DNA of 57,901 nucleotides from an uncultured Muribaculaceae bacterium (GCA_964417835.1 CAYQJD010000003.1:1-57901); one strand, 5' to 3'. Shown: positions 40,237-50,319, counted from the first letter of the stretch. Numbers and translations: made by a program. Notes: a model not told the origin generated them from the letters alone.

Positions 40237-41557
40237 TTAATATTTTCCTTTCTCTAATTATTAAAAGTCCAAATATTATAAAGAAAAATGGTGCAACTCT
40301 AGTAACTCTAATATTTGCAAAAGCTTGTATTGCATATCCGATAAATGTTAAGAATAAAGGAATATAGATACTATTATCTAACTTTTCATTTTTAAATATG
40401 TGTTTTATAGAAGAAAAGAATGTATAAAATAATAACATAATATAAGTTACTACAGAAAATAATCCTTCAGTTATTAAAATTTGTAAATATTCATTGTGAG
40501 CTTTGTCAACAATTCTATTAGTCTTAGGTGTAATTAATGATTTTCCATCAAATGCATATGTTAAACAATCTATACCAACACCATGAATCCAATAATTAGG
40601 TACTATTTTCATTGTTTCATTCCATATAAATCCTCTTTGTGAACCAAAATCATCACTTAATTTTCCATCAGAAACATCTTTTATGTCTTTTGAAATAGCA
40701 TTAGATTCTTCAAATATATATAAAGTAGTGTTACCACCTAAAATAAAGCATATAATTGTCATATCAATAACTATAAATAATCTAATAAAAATTTTTGAAA
40801 TAGAATAATCTTTTTTTATTTTAGTTTTTTTATTATATTTTAATATAGTTAATATAACCATATATCCAATAACAGCAATTAAAACGAAGAATAAAGCTAT
40901 TATAACGCTACTCGTTACGCAACAAATGAAATATGTAAAAAATATTGTTGATATCAATAAATAGAAATATTTTTCTTTTTTTTCTGAATTAAAAATAAAC
41001 ATTCCTGTAGATAAAGTGTATACCATTAGAGTAAATGTTCCAAAGAAGTTATGATGTCCTACTAAACCCGTATTTTTAACATGAAAGAAAGGATCCTGAA
41101 GTTGAAGTAGAGAAGATAATAAAAATGTTATAATAATTAATCTTTTCTTCTTAGGATTTTGAATAAATGAATTTACTAATAAAATAGAATAGTAACATAA
41201 AATCATTAATAAACCTTCATTACGACCAGATATTCCTACTAAACTCACATCAGGATTAATAGAAAAATATGTTGATATTGTTGCAAATATTGTCATTAAT
41301 AAAACAAATATATCTATTAAATTAAATTTAAAATATCTATTAATTATAGCAACTAGTATAAAATACATATTTACTACAGTAATAATTTGCATAATATATT
41401 CGTATTTTAATAAATCCAAACTTCCTTTAATAGCAATTAAATATGATAATATTATTATAAATGGTATATATATAATTGTAAAACCAGTTATGATCTTTTC
41501 AAATGTTTCGTATTTTATTTTAAATAATTTATTAAATATATTTTTTATTATTTTCAT
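40220..41557 (-). CDS. O-antigen ligase/Wzy_C family membrane protein
   Basis: Multi-TM; GRNEG, R.FIW, HGVG, KAHNEYLQ. Confidence 0.85.
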   Translation of the reverse strand: MKIIKNIFNKLFKIKYETFEKIITGFTIIYIPFIIILSYLIAIKGSLDLLKYEYIMQIITVVNMYFILVAIINRYFKFNLIDIFVLLMTIFATISTYFSINPDVSLVGISGRNEGLLMILCYYSILLVNSFIQNPKKKRLIIITFLLSSLLQLQDPFFHVKNTGLVGHHNFFGTFTLMVYTLSTGMFIFNSEKKEKYFYLLISTIFFTYFICCVTSSVIIALFFVLIAVIGYMVILTILKYNKKTKIKKDYSISKIFIRLFIVIDMTIICFILGGNTTLYIFEESNAISKDIKDVSDGKLSDDFGSQRGFIWNETMKIVPNYWIHGVGIDCLTYAFDGKSLITPKTNRIVDKAHNEYLQILITEGLFSVVTYIMLLFYTFFSSIKHIFKNEKLDNSIYIPLFLTFIGYAIQAFANIRVTRVAPFFFIIFGLLIIRERKILNEKTK

Positions 41558-42189
41558 TTTATTAAATTCTCCTTTACTCTTCTAAATAACATAGCTATTG
41601 TATCAAAAAAAATTTTACAATCTAGTTTAAATGAGATATTATCTATATAATATAGTTCCATTTGTATTCTTTTTTTATATGTAGTTTTTTTTGTACAATG
41701 ACATGTCCAGTTTCCAGTTAATCCAGGTTTGACGCTTAAATATTTTTCTTTATTTTTGCCAAATTTTTCAATTTCTCCATCAACTACTGGTCTCGGGCCA
41801 ATTATTGACATATCTCCTTTAATAACATTAAATATTTGAGGGATTTCATCTATAGAAAATTTTCTTAAAAATTCACCAACTTTAGTAATTCTAGGATCAT
41901 TTTCAAGCTTAAAATTTTTTTTGTAAATTTTTTTTTCTTTTTCATTAAAATAATTATCAAAATTATTAGAATCCATTTTCATAGTTCTAAACTTATAAAT
42001 ATTAAAATATTTACCATTTAATCCGAGTCTTTTTTGTTTATAAAAGATTGTTCCTTTACTATCTATTTTTATAATTATAGACAAAACTAGAAAAATAAAA
42101 AATAGTAATGGAAAAAATAATATTAAAAATAATAAGCAGATTATTTTATCAAGTATATATTTTATTTTTAAATAATTTTTGTTTTCCAT
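41554..42189 (-). CDS. Priming (undecaprenyl-phosphate) sugar transferase
   Basis: YKFRTM, DPRITKVG.FLRK.SIDEIPQ, GDMSIIGPRP, KPGLTG. Confidence 0.94.
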   Translation of the reverse strand: MENKNYLKIKYILDKIICLLFLILFFPLLFFIFLVLSIIIKIDSKGTIFYKQKRLGLNGKYFNIYKFRTMKMDSNNFDNYFNEKEKKIYKKNFKLENDPRITKVGEFLRKFSIDEIPQIFNVIKGDMSIIGPRPVVDGEIEKFGKNKEKYLSVKPGLTGNWTCHCTKKTTYKKRIQMELYYIDNISFKLDCKIFFDTIAMLFRRVKENLIK

Positions 42190-42291
42190 TGTCCATCACT
42201 CGCTAATACTTTATTAAAATTATAACAGAATGAAGTTATTAAGTCTATATTTTTGTAAATAAAAAGTAGAATTGAGTTTCTACTTTTATAG

Positions 42292-42741
42292 CTAAACACA
42301 TTCTACAAATGTATCACTTAGACATTTAATTGCACAAACACATGATAAGTCCATTGTAAAGAAACTATTTGTTGCAACATAAGGTATTGAATTGCAGCAA
42401 CTTTCTTGTGGATTTGGTGCAAGAACTCTAAATGTAGCACAATTTCCATCTAATTTTTCTACTCTAAATACATTAGAACACTCTGAACAGCAACTACTAA
42501 CTTGAGGATTTGAACATACCATAGTATTATCCTTTTCTATTGGCATACTCCATGGGGTACCATTTCCGCAACAAGTATAAAGCATTACTGGTCTTGTATT
42601 ACAAACTAAACAATTTGGTCCTCCTCCAAGCATTGGTCTATCACAAGATTCTAAACAACTTTCTGGGCATGCATTTTGTTGTAGAACAAGTATAACTTTT
42701 AAAATTTCACCGATGCAATTTGTAGTTTTTTCATTACACAT
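42292..42741 (-). CDS. Spore coat protein CotY/CotZ family
   Basis: Cys-rich; CNTRP, VFRVE.LD.NCA.FRVL, DLSCVCAIKCL.D. Confidence 0.85.
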   Translation of the reverse strand: MCNEKTTNCIGEILKVILVLQQNACPESCLESCDRPMLGGGPNCLVCNTRPVMLYTCCGNGTPWSMPIEKDNTMVCSNPQVSSCCSECSNVFRVEKLDGNCATFRVLAPNPQESCCNSIPYVATNSFFTMDLSCVCAIKCLSDTFVECV

Positions 42742-42772
42742 GTATAATTCACCCTTTCATTTATACTCAATA

Positions 42773-42800
42773 TATTTTATGAAGCATTTATAATTTAGTG
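42773..42800 (-). promoter_or_regulatory. sigmaK-type promoter of cotY/Z
   Basis: Minus strand reads CAC-16 nt-CATAAAATA, matching AC-N16-CATANNNTA. Confidence 0.62.
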
Positions 42801-42871
42801 ATTTTTAATTTGAATAATTTAGTCATTTTATTTATTTAAGATATGTAGTATAATAATAATAGGTGATATAT

Positions 42872-43186
42872 ATGTGGTGGCAATATGTAATAATTGCGTT
42901 TGTATTAATAGTTATTTCTTTAATAATAATAAAATTAAATAAGAAAAATTTTAATATGGAAATAAATAAATTGGTTCAGTATTTAGGCGGTAAAGATAAT
43001 ATATTAGATACAGAAGTAAATATGTCTAGGTTTAAAGTGACATTAAAAGATGTGACAATAGTTGATAAAGATGCTATTGAAAAGTTAGGCGCTAAAGGAA
43101 TTGTAGAAATTGATAATCAATTAAAGATTATATTTGGCCCTGATGCAGTAAAATTAAAAAAATATATAAGTGAAATCAAAAAGTAA
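42872..43186 (+). CDS. Stand-alone PTS EIIB-like protein with N-terminal TM, catalytic Cys absent
   Basis: LGGKDNI...VNMSRFKVTLKD...LGAKG...IIFG versus canonical CxTRLR. Confidence 0.78.
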   Translation: MWWQYVIIAFVLIVISLIIIKLNKKNFNMEINKLVQYLGGKDNILDTEVNMSRFKVTLKDVTIVDKDAIEKLGAKGIVEIDNQLKIIFGPDAVKLKKYISEIKK

Positions 43187-43248
43187 AATTATTGTATTGT
43201 ATTATTAAGACTTTTTATTCTTTTTCTTTGATAAAATTTGGGTGAAAT

Positions 43249-43277
43249 TTGACAAAACTGGCAAAAAGTGTTACAAT
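43249..43277 (+). promoter_or_regulatory. Strong sigmaA-type promoter
   Basis: TTGACA-17 nt-TACAAT with extended TG. Confidence 0.7.
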
Positions 43278-43306
43278 CTAAATGGTTTTAGAAATAGGGG
43301 GGTTTT

Positions 43307-43732
43307 ATGAAGGGGTATAAATATTTATTAGATTATATTAACGAAAATGAATTTAAAAAGTTGGAGAGGGCTTTAAAAAAATATAACATGCTTGCTTATA
43401 AAAAACTTAATTTCACATGTTATCCAGCATTAAGAAACGGAAATTTTATAGGTGAACTTGTTAGTAAAAATAAAAAAGAAAAAACAGAAACTTATGAATT
43501 GAAGTTGCCAAGTGATAATATGTTTAGACAAGTTCATGGAGATGTTACAGTAAAGTACGTTGTTTATTTAGAACAAAAGACTATTATGTTAGATACAATT
43601 ACTCCAACAGAAATTTTATTAGAAGGTCATATGGCAGAGTTGACTACTTATAAAGGAGTTATGATTAGTAAAGCAAATGCTTCTAAAGATATGTTTAAGA
43701 TAGATTTATTAAATATGTTGCAAAATAAATAG
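43307..43732 (+). CDS. Hypothetical protein, monocistronic
   Basis: Own promoter, RBS GGGGG, downstream AAGC-TTAAAT-GCTT hairpin plus T run. Confidence 0.8.
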   Translation: MKGYKYLLDYINENEFKKLERALKKYNMLAYKKLNFTCYPALRNGNFIGELVSKNKKEKTETYELKLPSDNMFRQVHGDVTVKYVVYLEQKTIMLDTITPTEILLEGHMAELTTYKGVMISKANASKDMFKIDLLNMLQNK

Positions 43733-43855
43733 AAGCTTAAATGCTTTTTTTTTGACATTTTTTTAAAAAATTAGACAAAAAAGAAAATAATAATACAAAA
43801 TTATCTTGATTTTAATAAAGGCATTTGCTATTATTTTAATATAGGAGGATAAAAA

Positions 43856-44605
43856 ATGAAATCAAATAATGGAAAGATAGCAATTACAATAACAGCTATG
43901 TTTGTTATAGCTTTATCAGTAATAGGTGTTACTTATGCATATTTCACTGCTAGAATTGCAGGTAATAGTTCAGAAAAAAGTGTAGAAGTAACTGCTGGTG
44001 AATTAGTTGTTAATTATGTATCAAGTAATTTGTTAAAGGCTACTAATTTAGTGCCAGGGTGGAAAAGTGATGGTTTAAGCTATTATGATCCTGAATCAGT
44101 TTCAGAAGGAAAAATAGTAGCGGTAAAAGCTACCGATAAAAGCAGTATTCCTACAGGAATAACTGAAGCTGATGGCCTTGCCACTCCAGCAACATTTACT
44201 GTTGCTAATGCTGGTGATAGTACGAATACAGCATATTATGCAATTAAGTTAACTGGAATAACAAATGGAATAGCAGATATTGGTTCTAATCTTGATAGTG
44301 AAAATGTAAAGATAACTGTTTATAAAGGTAGCTATGAAGATTATTCAACTTCTAATGATACTGTAGTTTATTCTACGAATAAGCTTAATGCAAGTGGTGA
44401 ACAAATTATTGTAAATGAAGCACAATCTATTGCCAATGGTGTTACAGATAGTTTCTATATTATGTTAGAATATGATAATGCAACTTATGATCAATCAGAA
44501 AATATGGGTAAATCAATAACAGCAACAATACAAGTAATAGGTATTGCTCAGAATGCTGCTGGTAATTGGGTTGATGCAGCTGGAAATATTGTTATAGCAG
44601 CATAA
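43856..44605 (+). CDS. SipW-type signal peptide, TasA/CalY-like secreted protein
   Basis: IGVTYAYFTA cleavage motif, NLVPGW, F.V.N.G, DQSENMGKSITATI. Confidence 0.75.
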   Translation: MKSNNGKIAITITAMFVIALSVIGVTYAYFTARIAGNSSEKSVEVTAGELVVNYVSSNLLKATNLVPGWKSDGLSYYDPESVSEGKIVAVKATDKSSIPTGITEADGLATPATFTVANAGDSTNTAYYAIKLTGITNGIADIGSNLDSENVKITVYKGSYEDYSTSNDTVVYSTNKLNASGEQIIVNEAQSIANGVTDSFYIMLEYDNATYDQSENMGKSITATIQVIGIAQNAAGNWVDAAGNIVIAA

Positions 44606-44707
44606 AAAGCCAAGATATGGCTTTTTTTTTGTAAATTTTTGGCAATATTTTTTAATATCTTTTTTTCGCCAAATTATTATGCTATACTTATAAAGTAGGT
44701 GAAGTGT

Positions 44708-45421
44708 ATGGAATTTATAGAAATTAAAAATTGTTATAAAATATATAAAAATGGTGTTACTGCACTTGCTAATGGAAATTTAAAAATATTAAAAGGTGAA
44801 TTTGTTTTTTTAATAGGGCCTACTGCAAGCGGAAAATCTTCTTTGTTAAAACTCTTATATAGAGAAGAAAGACCCAATAAAGGTGAAGTCTTTGTTGGCG
44901 GGGTAAATGTTGCTAAGTTAAGAAATAGTAGAGTTTATAAGTTAAGAAGAAAAATAGGAATAGTATTTCAAGACTTTAAGTTATTGCCAAAGTTAACAGT
45001 ATATGAAAATGTTTCATATCCTTTAGAAAGTTATGGTATAAAAAGTACAGAAATTAGAAAAAATGTCTTAGCAGCATTGGAAAGAGTTGGTTTAAAAGAT
45101 AAATATAGAAGTTATCCTAATGAACTTAGTGGTGGTGAACAACAAAGAGTTTGCATTGCTAGAGCAATAGTTAATAATCCCAAGTTAATCATTTGTGATG
45201 AACCTACTGGAAATCTTGATCCTGACACATCCAAAGAAATAATGGATGTACTAGAGAATATAAATAATGATTTAGGTACTACAATTGTTATGGCAACTCA
45301 TGATAGAGATATCGTAAATAGAATGAAAAAAAGAGTGGTAACTATAAAAGATGGAATTATTATAAGTGATAAAAAGAAAGGAAGATATGATAATGAAATT
45401 GATAAGAATATTGAATCGTAG
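44708..45421 (+). CDS. ftsE: Cell division ATP-binding protein FtsE
   Basis: GPTASGKS, VFQDFKLL, LSGGEQQR, DEPTGNLDP. Confidence 0.95.
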   Translation: MEFIEIKNCYKIYKNGVTALANGNLKILKGEFVFLIGPTASGKSSLLKLLYREERPNKGEVFVGGVNVAKLRNSRVYKLRRKIGIVFQDFKLLPKLTVYENVSYPLESYGIKSTEIRKNVLAALERVGLKDKYRSYPNELSGGEQQRVCIARAIVNNPKLIICDEPTGNLDPDTSKEIMDVLENINNDLGTTIVMATHDRDIVNRMKKRVVTIKDGIIISDKKKGRYDNEIDKNIES

Positions 45422-46289
45422 TATTAGAGATTCTTTTAAAAGTATTTTTAGAAATTTTAGTTTATCAGTAGCTAGTATTTCTTGTACTATTATTACACTT
45501 CTATTAGTATCGATATCTATAATTATTTCTTATAATGTAACAAATATTACTGATAAAATTGAAAAGGATTTAACAATGATAGTATTTGTTGACTCTTCAT
45601 CGAGTGAAGAAGAAATAAATAATATAAAAAAAGAATTAGAAAATATTAGTAATATAGAAAGTTTAACTTTTAGAAGTAAAGATGAAATAAAATATAATAT
45701 GGGAGAAGAAAATGAAACTTTGAAAAATGTAATGGCAACTTGGGGAGATGAAAATCCTCTTGAAAGTACATTTATATTAAAAATAAAAAATTTAAAAAAG
45801 ATAAAAGAAACTGCTGTTACGGTAAAAAACATTGAAAAAGTAACGTTAGTAAAATATGGCGAATCTATGGTTGATAAAATAATTAACGTTTTCGATATGA
45901 TCAGAAAGATTTGTATTATTATTGTTGGAGCTTTAATATTAGTTACTGCATTCTTGATTAATAATACTATAAAAATAACTATATTTAGTAGAAGAAATGA
46001 CATAAATATTATGAGACTTGTAGGTACTAGCAATCTAGTTATAAGATTACCATTTATATTTGAAGGCTTTTTGTTAGGTATAATAGGAAGTATTATTCCG
46101 ATATTAGTAACAATTTTTGGATATATTTACATGTATGAATCAACTGGAGGAATAGTATTTTCAAATTTATTTGAATTAGTTAAGCCAGATAGTATAGTAT
46201 ATTTTACATCTTTAATAATATTAGTTATTGGATCTGTAGTAGGAATGTTAGGAAGTTCTATTGCAGTTAGAAAGTATTTGAAAGTATGA
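45393..46289 (+). CDS. ftsX: Cell division permease FtsX
   Basis: ENPL, INNTIKITIFSRR.DI.IMRLVG, PFIFEG. Confidence 0.95.
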   Translation: MKLIRILNRSIRDSFKSIFRNFSLSVASISCTIITLLLVSISIIISYNVTNITDKIEKDLTMIVFVDSSSSEEEINNIKKELENISNIESLTFRSKDEIKYNMGEENETLKNVMATWGDENPLESTFILKIKNLKKIKETAVTVKNIEKVTLVKYGESMVDKIINVFDMIRKICIIIVGALILVTAFLINNTIKITIFSRRNDINIMRLVGTSNLVIRLPFIFEGFLLGIIGSIIPILVTIFGYIYMYESTGGIVFSNLFELVKPDSIVYFTSLIILVIGSVVGMLGSSIAVRKYLKV

Positions 46290-47503
46290 AAAAAATCTTA
46301 AAAAAAACAATTTTCGTTTTAACAATATTAATGTTTTCGTTCTATACTATCATTTATACAAATGCATCTAGTAAGGCTAATACGATAGCAGAACTTCGAA
46401 AAGAATTATCTCAATTAAAATCTAAAAAAAGTCAAAATGATACTGCAAAATCTAAGACTCAAAGTGAGATAAATTCTTCAACACAAAATATTACATCAGC
46501 ACAAAATGAAATTATCGATAATCAATCAAAAATTGAACAATCAAAAATAGATATAGAAAATCTTAATCAAGATATTTTAGAAATCGAAGAAAGCATTAAA
46601 GAAACAGTAAAAGCTTATCAATTAACTGATGGGCAAAATGTTTATTTAGAATATGTATTTGATGCTACAAGTTATGAAGATTTAGTTTATAGATATGCTA
46701 TTGTAGAACAAATATTAAAATATAATGATGAACAAATAGAGAAGTATAATGATTTGATTGAACAAAATAAACAATTACAAATAGATTTAGCTAATAGAGA
46801 AGTTGAATTGAATAATAAAATATCATCGCTTAGTGATAAAATTGATAAGCTGGGTAATGAATTAGAAAAGTATTCTGAATTAACAATGGATATTCAAGAT
46901 GAGATAGATTCTACACAAGAATTAATAGATTATTATGTTAAATTGGGTTGTAAGGAAAATCAAGATTTAAATGAATGTGTATCAATAAAAGGTGATACAT
47001 CATTTAGAAAACCACTTACAAAAGGTACAATCACAAGTTATTATGGTTATAGAATAAATCCTTTAACTGGAGCATCTACAAAATTTCATAGTGGAGTTGA
47101 TATAGGTGGTAACAAAGAAGGGACAAATATTTATGCCGCAGCAAATGGAATGGTTGGAAAAATAATTCGAAGAGCAAGTTGTGGTGGAAATCAAGTTTAT
47201 GTTTATCACACAATTAATGGTGTTAAATATACTACATCATATTGGCACATGTTAACAATTAATGTATCTGTAGGTGATCAAGTAAATACAAACACAGTTG
47301 TAGGTACAGTGGGAGGAAGTAGTACCAGAAGTTATGATTCATGTACTACCGGTGCTCATTTGCATTTTATTATAGCAACTGGTTGGTATGGAGGAACAGG
47401 ATCTAATTCGTATAGTTCTTATAGTACATTTTTAGCAAATACAAAAGATCCCAAAGATATATTAAAATTACCTGATAAAGGTAAATATTGGTATAGTAGA
47501 TAG
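46286..47503 (+). CDS. Coiled-coil M23 peptidase (EnvC/CwlO-type FtsEX partner)
   Basis: Signal peptide, long coiled coil, HSGVD and TGAHLHF motifs. Confidence 0.9.
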   Translation: MKKILKKTIFVLTILMFSFYTIIYTNASSKANTIAELRKELSQLKSKKSQNDTAKSKTQSEINSSTQNITSAQNEIIDNQSKIEQSKIDIENLNQDILEIEESIKETVKAYQLTDGQNVYLEYVFDATSYEDLVYRYAIVEQILKYNDEQIEKYNDLIEQNKQLQIDLANREVELNNKISSLSDKIDKLGNELEKYSELTMDIQDEIDSTQELIDYYVKLGCKENQDLNECVSIKGDTSFRKPLTKGTITSYYGYRINPLTGASTKFHSGVDIGGNKEGTNIYAAANGMVGKIIRRASCGGNQVYVYHTINGVKYTTSYWHMLTINVSVGDQVNTNTVVGTVGGSSTRSYDSCTTGAHLHFIIATGWYGGTGSNSYSSYSTFLANTKDPKDILKLPDKGKYWYSR

Positions 47504-47601
47504 TTATAAATTATAAAATTTTTATGATAAAAATAAAAGGATTATCTCCCATAATTATAGGTTATAATCCTTTTTTTCTAATTAATCTTTTAATTTTTAG
47601 T

Positions 47602-48153
47602 TTATATTTCTCTCATTAAATCTGCATTTTTGAATGGATCTTTTTTATCAATTTTATCTACAAATAATATTCCATCTAAATGATCTAATTCGTGTTGAAA
47701 TGCTACAGCTATATCTTCCCTTACCCTGATTTTAAATTTATTTCCATTTATATCATAAGCTTCAACTGTAATTCTTGCATGTCTAGGTACAATTCCTTTT
47801 ACTTCTCGGTTAACACTAAGGCATCCTTCTCCCTCACCTACATAAATTAGTTCTTCACTTTTTGAAATTATTTTTGGATTTATAAGAACGTATCGTTTAA
47901 ATTTTTTATTTTCTAATTCTTCTGAAATAACAAATATTCTTTTTAAAATGCCAATTTGTACAAAAGATAAACCCATACCAGCTCTTAAATTATATTTTTT
48001 TATATATTCTTCCATTTGACTCATTTCTAAATATAAAAGCGAATCATCAATTAATTTTTTTGTGTCTTCATCTAATGGAAAAATTACTTCTTTACTTGGT
48101 TGTCTTAAAATTTTGTTTGCTTCATCTAGAATCTTAATATTTGGTAATTTCAT
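47602..48153 (-). CDS. def: Peptide deformylase
   Basis: GMGLS..QIG, EGCLSV, QHELDHLDG. Confidence 0.96.
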   Translation of the reverse strand: MKLPNIKILDEANKILRQPSKEVIFPLDEDTKKLIDDSLLYLEMSQMEEYIKKYNLRAGMGLSFVQIGILKRIFVISEELENKKFKRYVLINPKIISKSEELIYVGEGEGCLSVNREVKGIVPRHARITVEAYDINGNKFKIRVREDIAVAFQHELDHLDGILFVDKIDKKDPFKNADLMREI

Positions 48154-48205
48154 TTATATCACCTGCCAATGCTTATTCTAACAAATAAAACAAAAATTTG
48201 CAAAA

Positions 48206-49354
48206 CTAATACCACATATTGCTTAAATTACCATCATTTTTATAAACCTCATCCATTAGCATAATATGGCTAAAGGTATTTATTAATTTTTCTTTAGTAT
48301 ACTTTCTTATAACAACACCTTTAAGATTTGGTAAAGATTCAGATATATAAAAATCATCATCATCTATTCCAACTATCATGGCCATATGTCCAGAGTAAGC
48401 GATAAGGTCTCCAACTTTTACTTCGTTAGAATCTAGTAACTCTAAGCTTATTTTTCTTTTCTCACCTAAATCATATAAATCATCATTACGAAATGAAATA
48501 TCTCCAGCACCAACATCACCAATATCAAACCCTCCGTTATATAAAACCCATGAAATAAATCCGCTACAATCTAAACCATTTGGATATTTGTTTCCACTTA
48601 TAAAATTATAGCTTCTTGCGTTAGTTAGATTTTTCAATTTACATCCCCACATAGCAGGACCCATTAGTTGGGCAGCTAAATCATTGTATTTTGATGTGCT
48701 TAAATATAAACCTTTGTGATAATATCTTCCTTCACCATCAACATATAATTTGCCGCCGTAGTTAACAAGTCTACCATTTTCATAAAAATATGGAATTCTA
48801 AATTCAAAATTAAGTGTTAAGAACCTTGCAGCTTCTACAACACTTGCTCGAGAAGGGTAACTTACTTCATTTAATCTATCTAATAAAGCAAGATCTAATA
48901 ATTGATTTTCTTCGTCAGTAAAATATTCACAAGTTATATAATCTTTTTCTAAATTAAATTCTAAAGGTCTATTAACCATACCCTTTACAACGTATACAGT
49001 AGCTTTAATTTCTTTATTATTCGGTAATAAGATTGAAACTTCTGTATTACCATTAGTTATGCCTTTTATATATTCATTTTCGATTTGAACTATTTCTTCA
49101 TTAGAAGAAACAATCTTATAGTTATTATTATCTGGATTATTTATATTAAGTTTTACTGTTTCATTAGTTCCAAGATAATATATATTTTTTGAAAAAGAAA
49201 CAGTATAAACTTCTTCATTTGGTAAAGTTGAATTAGAAGTATTATTGTCTTTTGTATATATATTTCTAAAAAAAACGACAAAAAAAATTATATGATATAT
49301 ACAATAAACCAAATAAAATAATATTAAAACTTGTTTTTTATTAATATATTTCAT
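48206..49354 (-). CDS. Membrane-anchored Ig-like domain plus NlpC/P60-type cysteine peptidase
   Basis: N-terminal TM; SSNEEIV...G...G.T Big_2-like segment; GLDCSGFISW, GD, GH. Confidence 0.75.
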   Translation of the reverse strand: MKYINKKQVLILFYLVYCIYHIIFFVVFFRNIYTKDNNTSNSTLPNEEVYTVSFSKNIYYLGTNETVKLNINNPDNNNYKIVSSNEEIVQIENEYIKGITNGNTEVSILLPNNKEIKATVYVVKGMVNRPLEFNLEKDYITCEYFTDEENQLLDLALLDRLNEVSYPSRASVVEAARFLTLNFEFRIPYFYENGRLVNYGGKLYVDGEGRYYHKGLYLSTSKYNDLAAQLMGPAMWGCKLKNLTNARSYNFISGNKYPNGLDCSGFISWVLYNGGFDIGDVGAGDISFRNDDLYDLGEKRKISLELLDSNEVKVGDLIAYSGHMAMIVGIDDDDFYISESLPNLKGVVIRKYTKEKLINTFSHIMLMDEVYKNDGNLSNMWY

Positions 49355-49459
49355 TATATTTGTCCTATCTATCTAAAGAAGATTTTATCAAATAAAAAAA
49401 TAAAAGTCTATATTGTAAAAACTAAAAATATACTTTATAATTATTTCAGGTGAATATAT

Positions 49460-49609
49460 TTGAAAAAAAATATTTTGAATAAAATAATAATTGGTATTGT
49501 TATTTCATTTATAACAATAGAAATAGGTATGTTATTAGGATATTATTTTCTTTCTAAAATTGATTATAATAAGTTTGAATCTACATACAATATAAAAATC
49601 ACAAGATGA
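49460..49609 (+). CDS. Small single-TM protein (49 aa; not in ORF track)
   Basis: RBS AGGTGA, TTG start, MKKNILNKIIIGIVISFITIEIGMLLGYYFLSK... Confidence 0.5.
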   Translation: MKKNILNKIIIGIVISFITIEIGMLLGYYFLSKIDYNKFESTYNIKITR

Positions 49610-49626
49610 TTTATAGGAAGTGCATT

Positions 49627-50319
49627 ATGAAAAAAAATATAATAATTATATTAAGCTTATCTTTTATAATAGTTTTAATGGCATCTGTATTAATTTTTAT
49701 GCAAAAGGATAAACCACTTACTAATTATACAGAAGATGAAATAAAGTTTAAAAATGAATATGAATCTTTAAATGATAAAGAAATAGAAGATGAAATTTAT
49801 TTAAAAAATATAACTATCGAGAGTGATAATAATGTTAAATATATATATGATGATGAAATTATAAATTTATTGACAAATGGTACAAATATTATATATTTAG
49901 GCTGGGCAGAAAGTAATTATTCTAGAACTATTTTGCCTGAATTATTATCTGTTTTAAAAGAAAATAATATTGAAACTTTGTATTATTATAATTTTAAAGA
50001 TTTAAAAAGTGCATACGAGAATAATAATGATGAAAAAAAGATTGAAATTTATGAAAAAATAGTTGAAATTATAGGTGAAGACATAGATACATATTACGAA
50101 GAGGAAGACTTTTTACAAGGTAAGAAAAAAATAGTTGCTCCTTTAGTAATTTTTGTAAAAAATGGACATTATATTGGAATGCATAGTAAATCAGTTGAAA
50201 GTCAAACTAATTCTTATATGGATTTATCAAAAGAGCAAAAACAAGAATTACAAAATATTTATAGAGGATATATTAATTTAATAAATCAAAGAACTTGTGA
50301 ATTAGAAACTGCTTGTTAA
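49627..50319 (+). CDS. Membrane-anchored thioredoxin-fold protein lacking CxxC
   Basis: IIYLGWAESNYSR at the CxxC position; VAPLVIFVKNG cis-Pro loop; C-terminal CELETAC. Confidence 0.65.
   Translation: MKKNIIIILSLSFIIVLMASVLIFMQKDKPLTNYTEDEIKFKNEYESLNDKEIEDEIYLKNITIESDNNVKYIYDDEIINLLTNGTNIIYLGWAESNYSRTILPELLSVLKENNIETLYYYNFKDLKSAYENNNDEKKIEIYEKIVEIIGEDIDTYYEEEDFLQGKKKIVAPLVIFVKNGHYIGMHSKSVESQTNSYMDLSKEQKQELQNIYRGYINLINQRTCELETAC

Noticed and set aside
47536-47577. Inverted repeat between the M23 gene and def
   Set aside because: AAGGATTAT/ATAATCCTT flanked by A and T runs between convergent genes is an ordinary bidirectional terminator
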